DNA from: Octopus sinensis
Taxonomy: Eukaryota
Direction of reading: 5' to 3'
Assembly: GCF_006345805.1 (NCBI RefSeq)
Contig: NW_021832835.1
Coordinates: 1 to 64,000, forward strand
DNA length: 64,000 nucleotides
The notes under the pieces are model-generated. The model saw only the letters and a list, made by a program, of their open reading frames with translations, was not told the DNA's origin and made no database searches. The translations under genes and the position numbers were made by a program. This document shows, piece after piece, positions 54,919 to 64,000 of this stretch (positions within the stretch are counted from its first letter, which is position 1; every line of letters starts with the position of its first letter).

Positions 54919-55863
54919 ATGCTAAAGCTCGTGGAAAATCACGAGAGACGAAAGAAGCTTCATTCTATCATTAAGGAAAGCAAAAACTTTGCTATTGATC
55001 TCGTGCAGGATACCCAAACTGAACAACCCGAAGGAAGTACGGCAACTATTGTTGCAAAGAAGTTGAAAATAATGGCAACGAAAAAAGTGCACGAGCAATT
55101 GGCTGATAGGTGGGAGGAGAAACCTCTGCACGGCAAATATGTGGCCCGTAGCAAACAAGCTGATGTTGACCAGAAGCAAACCCATCAGTGGCTACGGAGC
55201 TCAGGGCTAAAAGCAGAGAGCGAAGGTTTCATCCTGGCTGCTCAAGATCAAAGCCTATTAACCCGGAACTACCAGGCCAATGTGATGAAAAATGGAGCAG
55301 ACCCAAAATGCCGATTCTGCAACGCCATGATTGAAACAGTGGACCACCTAATCTCTGGATGTAAAGTCTTAGCACCAGTGGAGTATAAATTAAGACATGA
55401 CAGAGTTGGCCAATATCTACACTGGTTAATATGTCGGCATTACAATATCAAAACTGCCGACAAGTGGTATAATCACCACCCTGAAGGAGAAAATGTAACG
55501 ATTCTGTGGAACTTTCCAGTACATACAGACCGAGCCATCAAAGCCAATAAACCGGATATTGTTGTGAAAGACCAAAACAATAAAGTTTGCTTATTGATCG
55601 ACATGAGCATCCCCAGTGATCATAATATCTCGGCGAAAGAGTTTGACAAGCTCAGAAAATATAAAGACCTGCTCATTGAAATTGAGAAAATGTGGTATCT
55701 CAAGGCGGTTACAATACCAGTGATCGTAGGAGCACTAGGAATGATCAAGAAGGGAACCGAAAATTATATGAGAATGATCCCTGGCTTACCATCCCTGCAA
55801 GAAGTGCAAAAGATTGTTTTAACTGGTACATCACACGTATTGAGAAGAGCATTGTCGATGTGA
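54919..55863 (+). pseudogene. CCHC zinc knuckle + restriction-like endonuclease segment
   Basis: 314-aa open frame with CxxC..H..C, RHD and PD..D motifs. Confidence 0.9.
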
Positions 55864-56034
55864 GAACTATTACTACTCATGTATTTTAATTTAACTTTAT
55901 TTCTATAAAAAAAAATGTACAAACTAGTGAGTTTAGTTTAATGGCCTACCAATGTATACTATGAGTTTCTTTGCCCTAGGAGTCGGGAAGACACTCGGCA
56001 AGAAATGGAAGCAAATTTGAAAGAAGAAAAAATG

Positions 56035-56071
<37 letters not shown>

Positions 56072-56084
56072 TAATAATAATGAT

Positions 56085-56464
56085 AAATGCATTCTAATTG
56101 ATGTATCAATACTAGCAGAGGACAACGTGTCTCTAAAAGAAATGGAGAAACTTTCAAAATACAAAGACCTGGAAATAGAATTAACCAGAATGTGGAATCT
56201 AAAAACAGAAATAATTCCTATCATAGTAGGTACATTAGGCATGATAAAAAAATATTCAGACAAATACATAACAAAAACACCAGGACTTACAAACACATAT
56301 AACATACAGAAAATTGCACTACTAGGCACTGCACACATCCTACGCAAAACACTTTCAATACAGTAACCATCAGAGCATCACAACAAATCACAGCACATAC
56401 CCAAGGCACACAGAGCTGCGCTCGGTAGTGAAGTGAAAGCACGCTGTAAAAATAAAACTACTGA
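56085..56464 (+). mobile_element. R4/Dong-like 3' fragment (second subfamily), in tandem behind the previous element
   Basis: Near-identical to ~8495-8875; separated from the upstream element by (TAA)n. Confidence 0.92.
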
Positions 56465-56742
56465 ATAATAATAATAATAACAACAACATATATGTATGTA
56501 TAAGTATATAAATGTATATAGATATGTAAAGATAGAGAGACATACATATGTAAGGATTAGGATATACATTTCATAACCATAGGCCGACAGCGAAGCAATA
56601 AAGTTTATCTTTATTGAACAGAGAGTGTTTCCTATTTACATATGAAATTATTAAAAATTCTGTTTATACAAGTGTTTCCCTCTCTAAAATATCTAATTAA
56701 ATATTGGTTTTAGATATGTCAATATTTACACACACAAACACA

Positions 56743-56825
56743 GGGCATATGGCGTAGTGGTTAAGAGCGCGGGTTACTAACCCCAAGATTTCGAGTTCGA
56801 TTTCAGGCAGTGACCTGAATAATAA

Positions 56826-56858
<33 letters not shown>

Positions 56859-57095
56859 TAATAATAATAATGATGTAATAATAATAATAATAATGATGTA
56901 ATAATAATAATAATAATGATAATATCTAAAAATGCCTTAGGAATAAGAACCCAGGTTCGAAATTTCCCCAAGACACCTGATGAAGGCTGTAGGGTATATC
57001 TGCCGAAACGTTGTGTTAACATCGAACAAGATGGGGACAAATATTCGCCAAATGTAAATAACGTAAATAATTCCTCATCTCTTAAATATAGAATT
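56743..57095 (+). mobile_element. Composite SINE candidate: tRNA-like head, (TAA/TAC)n linker, PLE-type HHR tail
   Basis: A box TGGCGTAGTGG 56750-56760, B box GAGTTCGATTTC 56793-56804, HHR 56971-57018, no T4 run along the unit. Confidence 0.65.
56971..57018 (+). ncRNA. Minimal type I hammerhead ribozyme
   Basis: gacac-CTGATGA(56977)-a-ggc..gcc-GAAA-cg-TT-gtgtt; palindromic ACGT stem III. Confidence 0.8.
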
Positions 57096-57119
57096 ATACG
57101 TAAATACGTATACACTCTA

Positions 57120-57405
57120 ATACACACAAACACACCCGAACACAAACACACACCCGAAGACAAACACACACACATCTGAACACACACACACACATCCGAA
57201 CACACACACATCTGAACACACACACACACACACACACACCCGAACACACACACAATCGAACACACACACACGCACACACACACACACACGCACACACACA
57301 CACACAAGTACACACACACACACGCACACACACACGCACACACACACACGTACACACACACAAGCACACACACAAATACACACACACACACAAGCACACA
57401 CACAT
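57120..57405. repeat. (CA)n-based minisatellite with ccgaa/ctgaa interruptions
   Basis: Directly visible. Confidence 0.85.
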
Positions 57406-58293
57406 ATTTAGGAAGTAACTGTACGTTAGATGTGAAAAAAGTCACATTTTGTAAACAACAAATTGCAAACAAATTCATTGAAATTTCAGATCCATTTCAG
57501 ACTTTTGCGTCTCTCAGTATAAAGCAATTGTTTTGAGTCTCAATGATCGTGATTGTCAACTCTGTAGCACTCCATCATGAATTTGCTCAGCAGTGTACTT
57601 TATAGAAATACAAATGAATATTTCTAGTTGATCATCCAGTCAATAGAGCAATCGACTCAATATTAACTTGTTCAATGTAACTCTAATTTATGTAACGTAT
57701 ATCATGTGGTGATAAATATAATAAATGAACATGAAACGATAGTCATTAGTACAATTCATGCCACAAATATTTCAAAAGCACCGTTATTTATTTGTATACG
57801 ATATATAATATAATATGTTGTATTATTATATAATTTTCATCCCATTATCTGCTATATCAGTAGTTATCTTTTTAGGCGACATGAACCGTTGGTAGATAAA
57901 GCAGTGAGCAGCGAATTTGATTCCTTGAAATATGTGGAGGAGTTCATCGTAATTCCATTGATTGTATGAGGGTGTTCAATTAGGAACACAGCCAATCAGT
58001 TTAGTGTTTTTCACAGAGATGACAATTCCCTCTATAGAATATGGGAGTGGCTATCATCTACCGGCACTAGAGCGTTGACGCTAATCAACTAAGGGTTCTC
58101 TGGGCGTCTACAAGACAAATGATTTGTAAACTTGATGACTTGTTCACGGTAAACTTTTAGTTAAAGAAAATTTCTGCTTCACCGCTTGTTTTTGAATTAA
58201 GTATAATATTTATGAAAATAAGGACATAAGAAACGAAGTGGAAAAATAAAAATATATATAAAAAGATTAAAAAGTAAAAATAAAAGAAATATA

Positions 58294-58703
58294 GGATCTT
58301 TTCGGTTTGAACGGCAGTTTTTTCTAGCGGTGTCATATGAAATTGTCACCCATAATTATGACCCTAGTATCGATCTATTGCATTTCAATCTATTTTAGGG
58401 TTAGGGGTGGGGGGAAGGTTATCTTTTTTCTTCAGAAATGTAAATAAACCCAATCTATTTCTTAAACGAGGGATATATTCATACGGCACAGAATGTTTTC
58501 ACCTCAATAGACGTCATTGTTTGGTTGAAATTGCAGAAATTGAAGAAAAAAAGCAACAAATATCTTACAAACTATAGAATTTTTTCAATAAAGCCAAGAG
58601 AAAAAGATGTTTTATAAACACATTCTACCAGTATACGAAGTTTAAAAGTGTTTAGTTACGTGGAAATTATTTGAAAAAACTGCCGTTCAAACCGAAAAGA
58701 TCC
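58294..58703. mobile_element. MITE, 410 bp, with perfect 31-bp TIRs and 8-bp TSD (GAAATATA)
   Basis: TIR ggatcttttcggtttgaacggcagttttttc at both ends; TSD at 58286-58293 and 58704-58711. Confidence 0.92.
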
Positions 58704-59599
58704 GAAATATAATAAAAATATAAACGATTCTACTGTAGGCAGACATTTTGAGAGAAGTGGAATAGTCGATTACATCGATCCCGATGTAACCGTCTGAGCG
58801 CTGTATTTAATAAGATGATTAAACGATTTAAGAATAGCTAATGAAGAAATTTTGTATCAACATGTTGGGGAGAGAGATTTAATCTATACCATCAACTCCA
58901 GTACTTGACTGGCTATTTATTCTGTCGACCCCGAAAGGATGAAAAACAAAGTTGATTCTCCTATGCATTTTGTCAGACATGCTAACAATTCTGCCACTTC
59001 GCTAATAATAATGATAGCAACAACAACAGTACCAACAGCAGCAACAATAATGATTTCAAATTTTGCCACGAGGGCAGCAATTTTGGGGGAGGGAATGAGT
59101 CAATTACATCGACCCCAGTGTTTCACTGGTTAAAGTTCTATTTTTTTTTAAAGAACTTTCGTGTTTTAGAAAACGAGTCTTCAGTTTGAATTAATTACGT
59201 TTTAATTTACGAGAATTCCTCCCCCAAATCAGTTGAAAGCCTCCCTCACCGCCCAAATGTTATCGTTTAGTTTGGTGATATTTGTCACTATTTTATTTCA
59301 ATATGTTTAGAGTTTGATGACTGAGAGGACCAATCCAGGTCCCCTAACCTTCTTTCCACTTTGGGATGTGTGAATTGAGGTAGTATCTTGCTAAAAAAAT
59401 ATTGAAAAAAAAAATAAACGGAGTGTTTGAAACATAATGAATGTAATGTTGGTCATGTCGTCTAACACTGATAAGTCAGTTTGCTGCGAGTCTCTATTTG
59501 CTAAAAGAAAAGACGCAATCGAATCTTCCTGAAGTCACACTGGATTGCCTTAAAAAAAGGACTAACAGAATCGATAATGTATTCCTTGTGATATTTTAT

Positions 59600-61687
59600 G
59601 TGAACGACAGACGCTAAAAATAAGAGGATGACGCAAGAGATGCTTCATAGGATGAGTGAGAGAAGAGACTGGCAAAGACTGAGCCGGAGACGTAGAGACA
59701 ATTGAACAAAGAGATTCGAAAGATGTTCAAAAAAAGCAAAAGAAGATATCTGAAAGGGGGGGGTGTGAAGAGACTGAAGAGCTGGAGGAGAAAGATGCAC
59801 AGATGATGCAGGGAAAAGTTAGATAGGCTACGTTTAGGAGGAAGGAAAATCTGACAAAGATGGCTGACGAGTCAGTCAAGAGAAGGAAGACCGATTGCAT
59901 CAAAGGTCTCTACGCTGATGATGGAAGGAAAGACAAACCAGAGATAAGCAACCCAATGGTTGGCCATATGATTACAGCAGCTGAAATCAAGCAGGCTATG
60001 GACAAGATGAAAAGTGGAAAAGCGAACGGAAATGACAACATCGCGTTTGAAGTAATAAATGCTTTGGGGAATTTTGGAGTAAAAAAATTCAGAGATAGCG
60101 AACCATTTTTACAACTCGGGGATGTTCCTGAAGATAATGCTGGAATCAATCTTCATCGCTTTGCCTAAAATGTTTGAAACAATCGAGTGCAAAAATGACA
60201 GAATGATAAGACTAATGAGTCATGTGACAAAGATTATTTTGAGAGTGGAGTTAAATCGAATGAAAGTTAGGGAAAACCTATCAAATGAACAGTTTGGCTA
60301 TGGAACAGGAAAGGGGAAGAGAAATGCAATTCTGTGCTTGAAGACATTAGTGGAAAAGTGTATAGAGAAACAGACTTGTACATCTGTTTTATAGACTTAT
60401 GTGAAGGCGTTTGACTGTGTTAAGCACGAAGAGTTGGTGAGAATGTTGGAAGAACTCGAGATTGATGGGAAGTTCTAAGAATAATTCGAAATTGGTATTT
60501 TCTACTCTAGGCACAAGGCCTAAAAATTTTGGGGAGGGAGCTAGTCGATTAGATCGGCCCCAGTACGTAACTGGTACTTAATTTATCGACCCCGAAAGGA
60601 TGAAAGGCAAAGTCGACCTCGGCGGAATTTGAACTCAGAACGTAACGGCAGACGAAATACTGCTAAGCATTTCGCCCGGCGTGCTAACGTTTCTGCCAGC
60701 TCGCCGCCTTCGAAATTGGTATTGGAACCAGAAAGCAGCCATCAGAGTGCATGGAGAATTAAGCGACTGGACTGACGTTCAGAAAGGCATCCAGCAGGGT
60801 TGTATTTTGTCACCTGATTTATTCAGCCTGTAAAGTGAGAAAGCTTTAAGCAAGATCAAGACAATTTCAGGGCTGGGGGAAAGGAATTATAACAATCTGA
60901 GGTACGGGAGACGATACATCTGTTTGCAGACACAGAAGATAAGCTTCAGGGATTGATTAATATCGTGACTGAGGAGAGTGGAAAGCTTGGATTGACGATT
61001 GCCAGGAAACCTCAATGGTCTGTACCAGGAAAGCACAGGTACCCGCATGTCGCTTGAGACGGTGAGTGGAACTGGGCTAGAGCATAAGGACAGTTTCTGG
61101 GAAGTTGGGTAGCATCAAATGGAAGGTCAGATAAGGAGATCAAGCGCAGAATTGGATTAGAAAAGAAGACTTTTATGGATATGAGGAGCATTTTTTGTGC
61201 AAAGAGAATTGGAATGGAAGTCAAGAAAAAAACTGTTGAAGTGCTACATCATCTGGTCGGAGCCAATGCATGGATGTGAGTCTTGGACGATAAGCAAAGT
61301 CATGGAGGAAAGACTCAAAGTTGCAGAAATGTGGTTTTATAGAAAAATGTTTAGAATCTCGTGGGTACAGAGGGTGACGAGTGTGGAAGTGTTGAAGAAG
61401 ATGAAAGCGAGGAGACAGTTGACAGATGCAAGCAGAGAGAGACAGCGGAGATTTGTTGGTCGTTTTCTCAAACGATGGAATGCAGCGTTACCAGGTGAAG
61501 ACTGAGCTGATAGGAAGGAGAGCGAGAGGAAGGAGAGCGAGAGGAAGGCAGAGTCTGACGATGTTCGACTGGATGAAGAAGAGAATGAATGTGCAGAAGT
61601 AGAAAGACTTGGGTGATGTTGTGGGATACAGAAATAAATGGAGGAGGAACAAGCAATGATTCATCAATGGCATGAATATGCCATGAT

Positions 61688-61690
<3 letters not shown>
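59600..61690 (+). mobile_element. Decayed RTE-clade LINE (RT region), ending at (GA)n
   Basis: KMKSGKANGND, SIFIALPK, LMSHVTKI, EQFG, KAFD, GIQQGCILSPDLF, NNLRY, HGCESWT..AEMWFYRKM.RISW. Confidence 0.85.
60500..60708 (-). mobile_element. Young SINE family B inserted in the RTE, with 15-bp TSD
   Basis: TSD ttcgaaattggtatt at 60485-60499 and 60709-60723. Confidence 0.92.
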
Positions 61691-61784
<94 letters not shown>

Positions 61785-62214
61785 GGAGACGGACGTGATG
61801 GTCAATGCTAAGAGATTTTTGAATACAACTTTACTCGAACGGAGATGCCTTGCCGCTAAACAACAAAAGTAACAACAACAACGATGACGTCAGAAGAATT
61901 AAAAATGGCGTCGTAAAGATGTTTTGAAGAATGGTCCCAAAATTTCTTCATCTGGCTAGAATACCTACAATTTTCTAGCACGATTTCATGCTAAGAATTG
62001 ACTTGGATTTACTAAAGAAGTCGTTGTTTATTTTTCTTGCCATTTCACCAACTCTTATAATTTCATTGAAACTCCCTTGAATAGCAGCAATTAAATTGTG
62101 ATTCCTTCACATATTGCGTGGTGTAATTCTTGTGGTTTTCACAGCTGGAGTAGTTTGATCAATTTTTCCTTGTATGCCATCTTCCTGATGTAGGCCAGCT
62201 GATAATAGTAGTTT

Positions 62215-62430
62215 CGAAGTTTCGCATAAGGCCAGCAATTTTAGTGGAAGCAATTCTAAGTCGATTAAATCGACCTCATTACTTGACCAGGTACTTTATT
62301 TTATCGACCTCGAAAGGAGGAATGAATAAAGTTGATATCGGCGGAGTTTGACACTCAGAGTGTAAAGAGAAACGAAATGCGGTCAAGTATTTTGTTCTGC
62401 CTTGCTAACGGTTTTGTCAGCACACCACCG
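62215..62430 (-). mobile_element. SINE family B, diverged
   Basis: aaggccagcaatttt..ttttatcgacctcgaaagg..cggcggagtttg. Confidence 0.7.
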
Positions 62431-62772
62431 AAGTCAGTCGATAAATAATAAGAGATTCAGACATAAAAATTTAAAAGATCAAGATCCCAGTAACACTTAT
62501 TTTTTCAACTATTTTCATCATTTTCCTATAATATAGCCGCCCAATTTCCTACACAAGCACCTTCAGCTTTCCTTTATATTTAGTAAATTAAAATCAAATT
62601 TATAAAGCAAGCTTTGCAGATTTCCAATATATTTTTATAAAGGAAACCGAGATCAGCATGTATAATAATAATGATCAGCTTTATAATATTTTTCAGTAAA
62701 TGCATGGTTTAAATTCTATGTAAATGGACATATCTAAATTTTTCAGTAAATTATATATATATATATTATATT

Positions 62773-62969
62773 AAATTAGAGACAAAACCACTATTAGGCA
62801 AATCAATTTTGCAAATCAATTAAAATCATGAAAATAGTTGAAAAAATAAGTGGGATATTAATTATATTTTTTAATAATTTTGTTAATATTTAAATAATAT
62901 AATTAATCATATGTATTGGCTTAAGTCTTTCATTGTTTGATTTGCCTAATAGTGGTTTGTCTCTAATTT
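62773..62969. mobile_element. Small fold-back/MITE-like element with ~33-bp TIRs in TA-rich flanks
   Basis: aaattagagacaaaaccactattaggcaaatcaa versus ttgatttgcctaatagtggtttgtctctaattt (one indel). Confidence 0.7.
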
Positions 62970-63068
62970 ATATAATATAATATTACTATAAAATTGGATT
63001 CAATCCTAATCTGATTTTTCCCTGTAAGTTTGGATTATTCCCTAATATTATTATTATTATTATTATTA

Positions 63069-63126
<58 letters not shown>

Positions 63127-63499
63127 AATTGCAGCATGGAAGGTGTTTATAAGCCATTTAAAAAAACACACAAAATCCCTTAGATCACTTCAACATTTAA
63201 ATTTAATTTGTCAGAATATTTTCGTCGTTTTGAAACCGTACCATGGAACATCTGTACATACCATATACAAATGTTAACACTTATATATCCAAGTAAAAGT
63301 AGGGCTTCTCAAATTACATCTCAGTACACATGTATAGTCGGAATAATTCGCTTGGTATGTACAGATGTTCATTTTTATGTGTTCTGATTATGTTTGCACT
63401 GACGATTGGAAAGTGTATTATGTAGGCTAACCATGAAATCATTAATGGTTTGCGACTAAACCTGTTTTTAAAAGGTAGTTTCCAAGTTGCTTCCCCTAC

Positions 63500-64000
63500 T
63501 TTCGGTGTCGTGTATATTTATTTAATGACATTACGATTGCACCTGAAAGGTAAGCGCGGTTTGCTACCCTAATGAGTGCCTATGCACCTACTTTGACTAG
63601 TTGTGATGAAAATAAAACTATTTTTTATATCCAGCTGAGAGCCATACTTAGGAAAATCCTCAATTCTGATAAAGTCATTCTATTGGGGGATTTCAATGCC
63701 AGGGTTGGAACAGACTGGCAAACATGGAACTCTCTATGACGTTTGGGTGTAGGGAAAAGGAACAGGAATGGTCTTATGCTGCTGGAGCTTTGCGATAAAC
63801 ATGGACTTTACATCGCAAGTACTCATGCACAAAGGTAATTACACAACAGCGTGGATGCATCCAAGGTCTAAAGTTTGGCACTTGCTGGATTATGTTATCA
63901 CCCGCATGCTTGACATCTGTGACATTTGTAATGTCAAGTTCTTTCATGGATCGGAATGCTGGACAGATCACAGTCTGGTGCGAGCAAAGATCCGGATGAA
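63500..64000 (+). mobile_element. RTE/BovB-like APE endonuclease remnant, running off the window
   Basis: SAYAPT, DKVILLGDFNARVG, NRNGL, WMHPRSKVWHLLDYVI, ECWTDHSLV. Confidence 0.8.

Larger units (their letters stand above)
53888..56034 (+). mobile_element. R4/Dong-like non-LTR retrotransposon, 5'-truncated (RT, zinc knuckle, REL endonuclease), in (TAA)n
   Basis: EQKGC, WIDYKKAFDS, GIFQGDSLSPLIF, HLFYMDDLKLY, FGLEKC, YKYLG, CRFC..ETVDHLISGC, RHD, KPDIVV..LIDMSIP..KYKDL; TAA tracts on both flanks. Confidence 0.95.

Noticed and set aside
58395-58418. Interstitial telomere
   Set aside because: Only two TTAGGG units, inside a MITE.

Overview
AT-rich eukaryotic DNA saturated with microsatellites and made almost entirely of transposable-element relics. 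The SINE families and (TA)n/(TAA)n/(TACA)n density suggest an octopus (coleoid cephalopod) genome; this is recognition, not a search result. No intact host gene is supported, and most ORFs in the track are microsatellite artefacts. Content: (1) several Penelope-like elements (PLEs; RT + GIY-YIG), one with direct pseudo-LTRs (~12.8-16.1 kb) and one with an inverted pseudo-LTR (~1.2-3.3 kb); (2) R4/Dong-like RT+REL LINEs, all in (TAA)n tracts; (3) Hero-, Tx1-, RTE- and CR1-group LINE remnants; (4) several SINE families; (5) a 400-bp Helitron and a MITE with 31-bp TIRs and an 8-bp TSD. The main unannotated signal is about ten type I hammerhead ribozyme (HHR) motifs, all with short palindromic stem III. 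One (~56.97 kb) lies downstream of a tRNA-like Pol III head with no terminator in between, making a candidate ribozyme-bearing, Penelope-dependent SINE. Two long perfect fold-back hairpins sit at PLE terminal junctions. All folds were read by eye and are untested.
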